Below are positions 49,888 to 58,249 of a stretch of 64,000 nt of DNA, in pieces (the stretch's first letter is position 1; every line of letters begins with the position of its first letter). The notes below the pieces were generated by a model. That model made no database searches. It saw only the letters and a program-made list of their open reading frames with translations, and was not told the DNA's origin. The position numbers were made by a program, and so were the translations under genes. The DNA comes from Alphaproteobacteria bacterium HGW-Alphaproteobacteria-1 (GTDB lineage: Bacteria > Pseudomonadota > Alphaproteobacteria > Rhodobacterales > Rhodobacteraceae). Location of the stretch: contig PHEQ01000009.1 in NCBI GenBank assembly GCA_002842985.1, positions 43,635 to 107,634 of the forward strand, given 5' to 3'.

Positions 49888-51522
49888 TCAAATCGCCTTT
49901 GCAAACTGACGCAACTCGAATTTCTGGATCTTGCCGGTCGAGGTCTTTGGCAAGTCGCGGAACACCACCGCCTTGGGCGTCTTGAACCCGGCAAGGCGTT
50001 CGCGGGCAAAGGCGATGATCTCGGCCTCGGTCGCCTCGGCGCCGTCCTTCAACTCCACAAAGGCGCAGGGCACCTCGCCCCATTTCTCATCCGGTTTGGC
50101 CACCACGGCACAGAGCAGAACAGCGGGGTGACGCATCAGCACGCCCTCCACCTCGACCGAACTGATATTCTCGCCGCCCGAAATGATGATGTCCTTGGCC
50201 CGGTCGGCAATCTTGAGATAACCGTCGGGATGCTGGAACGCGATATCGCCGGAATGGAACCAGCCGCCGCGAAACGCCTCCTGGGTGGCGGCCGGATTCT
50301 TGAGATAGCCCTTCATCACCGAATTGCCCCGGATCATGATTTCGCCAAGGGTTTCCCCGTCCATCGCGATCTGCTCCATCGTCTCGGGGTCGAGCGCGGT
50401 GATCTCCTCCATCATCGGCATGAGGATGCCGGTCCGCGCCTTGATGGCATAGCGGTCGTCATCGGGCAGCGCGTCCCACTCGGCGTTCCACAGGCATTCG
50501 GTGACATGGCCATAGGTTTCGGTCAGCCCGTAGACCTGCGTAACCTTGAAACCCAGGGGCTCGATGGCGGCAAGCGTGGCGGCGGGGGGCGGGGCCCCGG
50601 CGGTGAATACATCGACGATGTGATCGAAGGCGCGGCGCTCCTCGTCCCTGGCATTCACGATCATGTTGAGCACGATTGGCGCGGCGCCGAAATGCGTCAC
50701 CCCCTCATCGGCGATGGCGTCATAGATCGCGCGCGCCGTGATGTCGCGGCAGCACACGACCGTGCCGCCCAGAACCGGCATCAGCCAGACATGGTTCCAG
50801 TTGTTACAGTGGAAAAGCGGCACGATGGTGAGGTATTTGGGATAGCGCGGCAATTCCCAACTGACCACGGTGCCCATGGTCATCAGATACGCGCCACGAT
50901 GATGATAGACCACGCCCTTGGGCCGCCCCGTGGTGCCAGAGGTATAGTTGAGCGCAAGGCTCTCCCACTCATCCTCGGGCAGGATCCATTCGAATTCGGG
51001 ATCTCCGGTGGCAAGGAAATCCTCGTAATTCATGTAGTCGGAATGGGCATGAACCCCGGCCTCGTCATCGGGAACCTCGATGATCGCGGGGGCGGGGCGC
51101 GTCATCAGGTCGAGGGCGGCGGCAAGGGTGGGCAGGAACTGCGTATCGCACAGCACCACCCGCGCCTCGCCGTGATCGAGAATATAGGCGATGGTCTCGG
51201 CCTCGAGCCGGGTGTTGATGGCGTTGAGCACCGCACCTGCGGCCGGCACGCCGAAATGCGCCTCGCAATGCGCGGGGATATTGGGCAGGATCGTGGCCAC
51301 CACATCGCCCGGCTGAATGCCGATCGTCACCAGCGCCGAGGCCAGTTGCGTCACCCGCGCATGATACTCGGCATAGGTCTTGCGGTGGCCGTGATAGGCG
51401 ATGGCGAGGCGGTCGGGGTAAACATGCGCCGCGCGCCGCAGATGCGAAAGCGGCGTGAGTGCGACATGATTGGCCGCGCATTTCTCCAGCCCGGTTTCAT
51501 CCCTCATCCAGCCCATGATCAT
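49888..51522 (-). CDS. AMP-forming acyl-CoA synthetase (medium-chain / DmdB-like)
   Basis: AMP-binding motif YTSGTTGRPKGV, plus GWFHSGD and PKTSTGKIQK C-terminal motifs; 544 aa. Confidence 0.85.
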   Translation of the reverse strand: MIMGWMRDETGLEKCAANHVALTPLSHLRRAAHVYPDRLAIAYHGHRKTYAEYHARVTQLASALVTIGIQPGDVVATILPNIPAHCEAHFGVPAAGAVLNAINTRLEAETIAYILDHGEARVVLCDTQFLPTLAAALDLMTRPAPAIIEVPDDEAGVHAHSDYMNYEDFLATGDPEFEWILPEDEWESLALNYTSGTTGRPKGVVYHHRGAYLMTMGTVVSWELPRYPKYLTIVPLFHCNNWNHVWLMPVLGGTVVCCRDITARAIYDAIADEGVTHFGAAPIVLNMIVNARDEERRAFDHIVDVFTAGAPPPAATLAAIEPLGFKVTQVYGLTETYGHVTECLWNAEWDALPDDDRYAIKARTGILMPMMEEITALDPETMEQIAMDGETLGEIMIRGNSVMKGYLKNPAATQEAFRGGWFHSGDIAFQHPDGYLKIADRAKDIIISGGENISSVEVEGVLMRHPAVLLCAVVAKPDEKWGEVPCAFVELKDGAEATEAEIIAFARERLAGFKTPKAVVFRDLPKTSTGKIQKFELRQFAKAI

Positions 51523-51589
51523 CTCCCCGATTCATCTCCTGCGTCTTCGGAGAGTAGGCAAAAGCACGTCTCATGCAATTGCTAAGGGC

Positions 51590-52294
51590 CTATTCGACCC
51601 GGATCGTGCCCTTGTCCACCGCCAGCACATAGCCGCGCCGGGCGATGTTCTTGACCAGCAATTCGGTCACAAGCTGATTGCCCAGCGCATCGCGCAACCG
51701 CTTGATTCGGGTGGCGCCGGCCGCCTCTTCGCAATCCTCGGGGCGGCGGCCCGAGATCACCGCCTCGATCTCGGCCCCGCTGAGCACGTCGTCGTCAAGC
51801 CGCGCCTCGGCCAGCACGCTCAGCGTCTCCATGGCGGCGTCGGTCAGCTTGAAGGCCATATCATTGAGGTAGACGGTCTTTTCCTCGCGGCTGATATGCA
51901 ATGAGGCAACCTGAATGCCCGCGCGCTCGATCTGTGCCATGCGCCGGTTGAGCGCGACCAGCATCACCAGAAACACCAGCGAGGCGACCAGAAGAGCCGT
52001 GGCGAAGATCAGCAGCACGAACATGACCATCCGGTAACTGACAAGTGTTTCGGAAAACGCCGTGCCCGAGAGCGCGAGGATTTCCAGCAGCTTGATCTCG
52101 CCTTCACCGGTCAGCGCGTCGTTCTCGATGAATATCCGCTCCACCCGCGCGTTGAAGGCGTTTCCGTCGGGCAGGGTCAGGAACAGGAACACGGCAGCCA
52201 GCGCGAGGACCGCCACAATAGCAATGACGCCGATCACCACGACGCGATTGCCGGAACGGCGCATTTCCGCGGCTGTGGCTGTCAGACCGCGCAC
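51590..52294 (-). CDS. membrane-tethered OmpR/PhoB-type winged-helix protein (TM, loop, TM, then C-terminal wHTH; no receiver domain)
   Basis: Two hydrophobic helices (VVVIGVIAIVAVLALAAVFLFLTL and MVMFVLLIFATALLVASLVFLVMLVAL). They are followed by LHISREEKTVYLNDMAFKLTDAAMETLSVLAE ... IKRLRDALG ... LVKNIARRGYVL, which follows the Trans_reg_C pattern. GTG start at 52294, alternative ATG at 52264. Confidence 0.6.
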   Translation of the reverse strand: MRGLTATAAEMRRSGNRVVVIGVIAIVAVLALAAVFLFLTLPDGNAFNARVERIFIENDALTGEGEIKLLEILALSGTAFSETLVSYRMVMFVLLIFATALLVASLVFLVMLVALNRRMAQIERAGIQVASLHISREEKTVYLNDMAFKLTDAAMETLSVLAEARLDDDVLSGAEIEAVISGRRPEDCEEAAGATRIKRLRDALGNQLVTELLVKNIARRGYVLAVDKGTIRVE

Positions 52295-52319
52295 CGCTCA
52301 CCCTCCGTTATAGCCACGC

Positions 52320-52571
52320 TTATTTTTCCTTTTTCGACATGATCTTGAGCAGGGTCAATCCCTGTCGCGCCAGTTGCGCGCGCAAGGCACCCTCGGCCGC
52401 CGAACAGGGCGCATCGACCGTGGTCACGTTATAGAAAAGCTCGAACGGCTTGTCGCGCTTGGCCTTGTATTCGACCTGACAGGCGGCATGAGCCACCTGC
52501 GCGGTAAGCAGGAGGGCAAGAACGACGACCAGGGGGCGAAGGATGCGTGTCATGACCGCAAGATGCGCCAT
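52320..52571 (-). CDS. small secreted protein (signal peptide, two Cys)
   Basis: ILRPLVVVLALLLTAQVAHA|A signal-peptidase-I-like site and a mature ~54 aa with 2 Cys. It lies 25 nt upstream of the wHTH gene on the same strand. Confidence 0.45.
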   Translation of the reverse strand: MAHLAVMTRILRPLVVVLALLLTAQVAHAACQVEYKAKRDKPFELFYNVTTVDAPCSAAEGALRAQLARQGLTLLKIMSKKEK

Positions 52572-52619
52572 GGCCCACGGCTATTCAATAACCCGTGACG
52601 CGAAATGACCCCGAATTGC

Positions 52620-52648
52620 GGCGTTATCCGATATCATGGGGGCGTTAT
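52620..52648. repeat. 8-bp direct repeat GGCGTTAT at 21-bp spacing in a divergent promoter region
   Basis: GGCGTTAT occurs at 52620-52627 and 52641-52648, and an inverted AATAAC lies near 52587. Confidence 0.25.
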
Positions 52649-52748
52649 TGCCTGTCCCGGCGGCGGCACCCAGCTTGATCGGGACAGCGCCGACACGGAT
52701 CGGACAGGCGCTGCTCAGGAGACTGCTCGCAACCCGAAAGGACAACAC

Positions 52749-53147
52749 ATGACACGCAAACTCATCGCCCTCGTCGCCGCCGCCGCACTGGCCGCGACCG
52801 GCTTTTCCGCCCCCGCCCAGGCCCGTGATCGCGGCGAAACGGCGGCCATCGTCGCCGGTGTCGCGGCGCTTGCCATCGTCGGGGCCACGCTCGCCTCGGA
52901 TCGCAACAAACACGGTAATCGCGGCCACGTCTCGCGGAACCATCATCGTGACCAGGGCTACGACGCGCCGCGTCACAATCGCGGGTACGGTCATTATGCG
53001 CCCCGGCCCCCTCGCGGCAACGCCTATGGCTATCGCAGCCACCGCAATGACGGTTATCGGTCGCACCGCGGCAATGCCTATCGCCCCTATTACGGCAATC
53101 GTGGCTATGGTTATGCCGGAGGCCGCTACGGCGATCACCGCAAGTGA
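52749..53147 (+). CDS. membrane/secreted protein with an Arg/Gly/Tyr/His/Asn-rich low-complexity tail
   Basis: MTRKLIALVAAAALAATGFSAPAQA signal-like segment, a second hydrophobic stretch, then an 83-aa tail containing 16 Arg and 12 Tyr by my count (RGNAYGYRSHRNDGYRSHRGNAYRPYYGNRGYGY). Confidence 0.5.
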   Translation: MTRKLIALVAAAALAATGFSAPAQARDRGETAAIVAGVAALAIVGATLASDRNKHGNRGHVSRNHHRDQGYDAPRHNRGYGHYAPRPPRGNAYGYRSHRNDGYRSHRGNAYRPYYGNRGYGYAGGRYGDHRK

Positions 53148-53248
53148 TCCGGGAGGATACCGATCACGACCCTTCTTTCCCGTTTTACCGCGACCCTGAA
53201 CGCGCTCGCCCTCGGGGTCGCCACCAACCTCCGCCGCCGCCCGTCGCA

Positions 53249-53430
53249 AGCTCGCGCTACGACTACAACACCGTCAGGCCGCATTCCTCGCCGGGCAACA
53301 AGGCCGCGCCCGACGCGCGCCGGGCGCTTGAGCAATCTGAGGGCTTCGCGCCCAGCGCGCTTGCCCGACCACGACCAACCCCAAGGACCCTCGTTATGAA
53401 CGAGGGGCGACCGGGGGGCAGGTCACCGCC
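53249..53430 (+). mobile_element. relic of the 3' end of an IS3-family transposase (integrase-core C-terminus)
   Basis: Translates to RYDYNTVRPHSSPGNKAAPDARRALEQSEG, the D-Y-N-x-x-R-P-H-S-S-L-G signature that ends rve-domain transposases. There is no upstream transposase body. Boundaries are approximate. Confidence 0.5.
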
Positions 53431-54641
53431 CGATTCCGTGCCGCGATGAGCTTGAGCCGCAGCGCATTAAGCTGGATGAACCCCGCCGCGTCCTTCTGGT
53501 CGTAGGCACCGGCGTCCTCTTCAAATGTCACATGCGCCTCGGAATAAAGGCTGTGATCCGACCAGCGACCAACACACGCCACATGCCCTTTGTAGAGCTT
53601 CAGTCGCACGGTGCCGCAAACATGATGTTGCGAATGGTCGATCGCTGCCTGCAACATTTCGCGTTCCGGGCTGAACCAGAAGCCGTTATAGATCAATTCC
53701 GCATAGCGCGGCATGAGCGAATCCTTGAGGTGCCCCGACCCGCTGTCGAGCGTGATCTGCTCGATCCCGCGATGCGCCTCCAACAGCACCGTGCCGCCCG
53801 GCGTCTCGTAGATGCCGCGCGATTTCATGCCGACAAACCGGTTCTCGACAAAATCGAGCCGCCCGATCCCGTGTCGCCCGCCAATTTCGTTGAGCACTGT
53901 CAATATGGTGGCGGGGCTCATCGCCGTGCCGTTTATAGCGATGGCATCGCCCTTCTCGAATGTCACCTCGATGAATTCCGGGCTGTCCGGCGCGGACTCG
54001 GGACTGACGGTCCGTTGGTAGACATAGTCCGGCGCGGCTTTTGCCGGATCTTCCAGAACCTTGCCTTCGGACGAGGTATGAAGCAGGTTCGCATCCACCG
54101 AGAACGGCGCTTCGCCGCGTTTGTCCTTGGCGATCTGAATCTGGTTTTTCTCCGCAAAATCAATAAGTCTTGTGCGACTGGTCAAATCCCAGATCCGCCA
54201 GGGCGCGATCACCTTGATCTCGGGGTTGAGCGCATAGGCTGCCAATTCGAACCGCACCTGATCGTTTCCCTTGCCGGTTGCACCGTGGGCAACCGCATCC
54301 GCGCCCGTCTCGGCCGCGATCTCCACAAGCCGCTTTGAAATCAGCGGCCTGGCAATGGAGGTTCCAAGCAGATACTGCCCCTCGTAGAGCGCGTTGGCGC
54401 GGAACATCGGGAACACGAAGTCGCGCACAAACTCCTCGCGAAGGTCTTCGATATAGATGTTTTCAGATTTTATACCAAGGAGTTGCGCTTTTTCCCGAGC
54501 CGGTTCCAGCTCTTCGCCCTGACCCAGATCCGCGGTGAAGGTCACCACCTCGCAGCCATACTCGGTTTGCAACCATTTGAGAATGATCGAGGTATCAAGA
54601 CCCCCCGAATAGGCGAGCACGACTTTTTTCGGTGCGATCAT
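53394..54641 (-). CDS. argG: argininosuccinate synthase
   Basis: [15 protein letters not shown]-PPase motif and a full-length type-I ArgG pattern. The ATG at 54641 was chosen. Confidence 0.95.
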   Translation of the reverse strand: MIAPKKVVLAYSGGLDTSIILKWLQTEYGCEVVTFTADLGQGEELEPAREKAQLLGIKSENIYIEDLREEFVRDFVFPMFRANALYEGQYLLGTSIARPLISKRLVEIAAETGADAVAHGATGKGNDQVRFELAAYALNPEIKVIAPWRIWDLTSRTRLIDFAEKNQIQIAKDKRGEAPFSVDANLLHTSSEGKVLEDPAKAAPDYVYQRTVSPESAPDSPEFIEVTFEKGDAIAINGTAMSPATILTVLNEIGGRHGIGRLDFVENRFVGMKSRGIYETPGGTVLLEAHRGIEQITLDSGSGHLKDSLMPRYAELIYNGFWFSPEREMLQAAIDHSQHHVCGTVRLKLYKGHVACVGRWSDHSLYSEAHVTFEEDAGAYDQKDAAGFIQLNALRLKLIAARNRAVTCPPVAPRS

Positions 54642-54744
54642 AGCGCAGTCCTTTCGTGGATTTTTTGCGCCGTTATCCGGTTTCAGCCCTGTTCGCAAGC
54701 AGTGCCCCTTGCCAGTGGGCCGCGTTTGCGGCAGGGAACCTTGC

Positions 54745-55983
54745 ATGTCTGATTTTTGCCATAACGCCCGCGCGGCCGAGGCGGCCATGCGCGGTGTGTT
54801 CGAGCCGACACCGTTGCAACGCAACGATCACCTGTCCGAGCTTTACAATGCCGAGATTTTTCTCAAGAGGGAAGATCTCAGCCCCGTGCGGTCCTACAAG
54901 TTGCGCGGAGCGTTCAACGCGATGCGAAAGGTGATTCACGCGCGTCCCGACGCTACGCGATTCGTTTGCGCCAGCGCCGGAAATCACGCGCAGGGCGTGG
55001 CGTTCATGTGTCGGTATTTCGGGGTGAGCGGTGTCATTTTCATGCCGGTGACGACCCCGCAGCAAAAAATTGGGAAAACGGAAAAATTCGGTGGCGATGC
55101 GATCGGGATCCGGCTCATCGGGGATTATTTCGACGATACGCTGGCTGCCGCACAGGCCTATTGCGCCGAGGTCGGCGCATACTTCCTGTCGCCCTTTGAT
55201 GACGAGGATGTGATCGAGGGGCAAGCGAGTGTTGCGGTGGAGATCGAGGCACAGCTTGATGGTATGCCCGACCGTCTCATCTTGCCCGTCGGGGGCGGCG
55301 GTCTTGCCTCGGGCGTAAGGAGCTATTTCGGGCAGAACGTGGCACTGACCCTCGTGGAGCCGGCGGGCGGCGCCTGCCTTGCCGCTGCGATAGCGGCGGG
55401 CAGCCCTGTCAGGCTGTCTCATGTGAACACCTTTGCCGATGGCGCGGCGGTGGCGCAGATCGGGGCACGGACCTTTGCGCGACTCTGCACCATACCGGCA
55501 GACCAGGTCAGGACAATCGACGAGGATCGTCTTTGCACGACCATTCTCGAAATGCTCAATATCGAAGGGATCGTGCTGGAACCTGCGGGCGCTCTCTCGA
55601 TCGATGCGCTCAAGGACATGCGCGAGGCGATCCGCGGGAAACGGGTGGTCTGTGTCACCTCCGGCGGCAATTTCGATTTCGAGCGGTTGCCGGAGGTCAA
55701 GGAACGCGCGCAGCGATTTTCGGGCCTCAAGAAGTATTTCATCCTGCGCATGCCGCAGCGACCCGGTGCCTTGCGCGACTTCCTGGCTGTGCTTGGGCCT
55801 GACGACGATATCGCTCGGTTCGAGTATCTCAAGAAATCGGCGCGGAACTTCGGCTCGGTGCTGATAGGGATCGAAACGCTGAAACCGGAGAATTTTGCCA
55901 CATTTCTTCAAAAGCTCGACAATACGGGTTTTCAGTATCGTGATATCACGCATGACGAGGTGCTGGCCGAGTTGCTGATATAG
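54745..55983 (+). CDS. ilvA: threonine ammonia-lyase (biosynthetic type with one ACT-like regulatory domain)
   Basis: PLP-Lys motif [11 protein letters not shown], a GGGGL loop and a C-terminal regulatory domain; 412 aa. Confidence 0.9.
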   Translation: MSDFCHNARAAEAAMRGVFEPTPLQRNDHLSELYNAEIFLKREDLSPVRSYKLRGAFNAMRKVIHARPDATRFVCASAGNHAQGVAFMCRYFGVSGVIFMPVTTPQQKIGKTEKFGGDAIGIRLIGDYFDDTLAAAQAYCAEVGAYFLSPFDDEDVIEGQASVAVEIEAQLDGMPDRLILPVGGGGLASGVRSYFGQNVALTLVEPAGGACLAAAIAAGSPVRLSHVNTFADGAAVAQIGARTFARLCTIPADQVRTIDEDRLCTTILEMLNIEGIVLEPAGALSIDALKDMREAIRGKRVVCVTSGGNFDFERLPEVKERAQRFSGLKKYFILRMPQRPGALRDFLAVLGPDDDIARFEYLKKSARNFGSVLIGIETLKPENFATFLQKLDNTGFQYRDITHDEVLAELLI

Positions 55984-56013
55984 GCTTTGCATCAGCGCTC
56001 CGGTTCTCCGCCG

Positions 56014-56352
56014 TCACGCGGCGATCGCCTTGCCGATATTCGCGAAGAATTCGGCCCTTGATCGGGCATAACAGGTGCGAATCTCCTCTGTTTGCGCCGT
56101 GCGTTGCCCTCGCTCAACCGCTTGGCAAAGCTCGGCAAAGGCCGCGAAACCGAGGTTAAGTGCGCTTCCGGCAAGGAAGTGGAGTTGCTCGCGTCGCTCC
56201 GATACGCCCATGCCGTCGCTCATGTCGTCGATACCGGTTTCAACCTCCTCAAGAAAAAGATCGATCACCTCCTCAAAGGCCTCCGGACCGATTTCGTACC
56301 GCAACTCTCGAACGCGATTCCAGTTGATCATGACCCTCTCTCCTTGCTGCAT
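56014..56352 (-). CDS. Hpt (histidine phosphotransfer) domain protein
   Basis: LHFLAGSALNLGFAAFAELCQAVE matches the H-x-L-K-G-S-A-x-N-L-G Hpt motif. 112 aa, or 105 aa from the ATG at 56331. Confidence 0.65.
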   Translation of the reverse strand: MQQGERVMINWNRVRELRYEIGPEAFEEVIDLFLEEVETGIDDMSDGMGVSERREQLHFLAGSALNLGFAAFAELCQAVERGQRTAQTEEIRTCYARSRAEFFANIGKAIAA

Positions 56353-56478
56353 CGATTCTGCGCCGTGTTCGTTCAGATCCGGTTAACGTCAGACCGAAAA
56401 CGCACAAAATTTGAAACTTCACATATTCTTAGGAGTTTATACGCCAATGTCGATTCGCGGCAGGTTAAGGGTGTTCAG

Positions 56479-57756
56479 GTGCGGCTGGCAACACGGACGG
56501 AGGCGAGGCAGGAGAGCGACCAAAAGATTCCGCTGCGCATACTTGTCGTTGACGACAGCAGGCTTCAGCGGCGTATTGTCGGCACCCATCTCCGACAGTG
56601 GGGCTTCATCGTGCAGGAGGCAGAAAACGGCGCCGAGGCGCTCGCTGCGTGTCGGCGCGCCCCGCCGGACATCATCCTGAGCGACTGGATCATGCCCGGT
56701 ATGAGCGGGATCGACTTCTGTCGCGCTTTTCGGGCGATGCAGCGTCCGAATTATGGATATTTCATCCTTTTGACGTCGAAAAGCAGCAAGGAGGAGATCG
56801 CGGTCGGTCTCGATGCCGGCGCTGACGATTTCCTCACAAAGCCGGTCAATCCGGCGGAACTGCGCGCACGTCTGGCTGCCGGTCATCGCATTCTCGAGAT
56901 GGAGCGAGAGCTGACCGAGAAGAACCGGCTGATCAAGAGCACGCTCGACGAACTGCAGGTTCTTTACGACTCGCTCGACAGCGATCTGCTTGAGGCCAAG
57001 AAACTTCAACAGTCGCTTTTGAGCGAACGCTATCGGGATTTCGGTGTGGCGGACCTGTCGCTTGCCCTTCATTCGGCCGGGCATGTCGGGGGTGACCTGG
57101 TGGGCACATATCCGATTTCGGAGGGGCGAATCGGTCTTTATGGAATCGATGTGTCCGGTCACGGGGTCAGCTCCGCCCTCATGACGGCGCGGTTGGCGAG
57201 CTATCTGTCAGCGACGGTGCCCGAGCAGAACCTCGCGCTTGAGCAAATCGTGCCGGGGCGCTTCGCCGCCCGCGCTCCGGGTGAAACGCTGGCGCGGCTC
57301 AATCACATCATCATGTCCGACCTCGACACGGATCACTATTTCACGATTGCGCTTGCGGATGTGGACCTTGTCGGCGGGCGCGTTCTTCTGGCGCAGGCTG
57401 GTCATCCACATCCGGTCGTTCAGCGTCATGATGGCAGGGTCGAATTCGTCGGCTGTGGCGGTCTTCCGGTGGGGTTGATCGGCGATGCCAGCTTCGAGGA
57501 GGTGAGTTTTGCACTGTCACCGGGTGATCGGCTGCTCATTTACTCCGACGGGCTGACCGAATGCGCGGCTCCCGACGGCACCCTGCTCGATGAGGGCGGA
57601 CTGGCGCGGCTTATGACCGATCTGCGGCAGACCCGCGGCCCGGCATTCCTCGAATCGCTGATGTGGAAGCTTGCCGATCACGCTCAGGATGGGGATTTTC
57701 AAGATGACGTTTCGGCAATTCTTCTGGAGTTCAAGGATTGCCCAGGGCTTGCCTGA
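56479..57756 (+). CDS. response regulator receiver fused to a PP2C/SpoIIE-type phosphatase
   Basis: REC domain (ILVVDDS ... ILSDWIMPGMSG ... LLTSK ... FLTKP), then a coiled linker and a PP2C domain (GGDLVG, GIDVSGHGVSSAL, YSDGLTE). GTG at 56479 is the first in-frame canonical start after the divergent hpt gene. Confidence 0.8.
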   Translation: MRLATRTEARQESDQKIPLRILVVDDSRLQRRIVGTHLRQWGFIVQEAENGAEALAACRRAPPDIILSDWIMPGMSGIDFCRAFRAMQRPNYGYFILLTSKSSKEEIAVGLDAGADDFLTKPVNPAELRARLAAGHRILEMERELTEKNRLIKSTLDELQVLYDSLDSDLLEAKKLQQSLLSERYRDFGVADLSLALHSAGHVGGDLVGTYPISEGRIGLYGIDVSGHGVSSALMTARLASYLSATVPEQNLALEQIVPGRFAARAPGETLARLNHIIMSDLDTDHYFTIALADVDLVGGRVLLAQAGHPHPVVQRHDGRVEFVGCGGLPVGLIGDASFEEVSFALSPGDRLLIYSDGLTECAAPDGTLLDEGGLARLMTDLRQTRGPAFLESLMWKLADHAQDGDFQDDVSAILLEFKDCPGLA

Positions 57757-58174
57757 CAAAATGCCGATCCCCGATATTGCCAAGACGCGCCACTGCATCC
57801 CGCGGTGACAGCCATTCGGCACGATGGCCTGCTTCGGTTGGCATGCCAAGACGTCGAGCGGGAAAGGCGCCATAGATGACGCAGAGTTTTTCAGCCCAGA
57901 GATCGTATTCCGGCATGTAGGTAAAGCGCCGAAACGCTCCGAGGCGCTGTGGCCGTGCAATGCGCCATCCCGTTTCCTCGATTACCTCTCGATAGAGGGC
58001 CTGCAAGGGGGTCTCGCCCGGATCGACACCGCCACCGGGAAGCTGATATTCCGGCACCGGCTCGGTCTGATGCGTCACAAGCACGCGGCCGTCGCGCACC
58101 AGCACTGCATATACACCGTGTCGCAGCCGATAGCGGATATCGCGTTTCGGCACCTCGCCAAATCGTCGGATCAT
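57731..58174 (-). CDS. NUDIX hydrolase
   Basis: Nudix box GGGVDPGETPLQALYREVIEETGW; 147 aa. Its 3' end overlaps the convergent REC-PP2C gene by 26 nt. Confidence 0.75.
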   Translation of the reverse strand: MIRRFGEVPKRDIRYRLRHGVYAVLVRDGRVLVTHQTEPVPEYQLPGGGVDPGETPLQALYREVIEETGWRIARPQRLGAFRRFTYMPEYDLWAEKLCVIYGAFPARRLGMPTEAGHRAEWLSPRDAVARLGNIGDRHFVRQALGNP

Positions 58175-58249
58175 GCCAGTCTCCTGTCCCTCGGCTTGTC
58201 GCGCCGTCATGGACGCGATATGCGGGAGCCCGTCACGAAAGGAAAGCCC

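Noticed and set aside
52581-53249. 222-aa minus-strand ORF opposite the Arg/Gly/Tyr-rich gene
   Set aside because: Its Ile/Ala/Val/Thr repeats are the mirror image of the plus-strand repeat. The plus-strand reading has a proper signal-peptide-like start, so the minus ORF is treated as the artefact. Expression data would settle the question.
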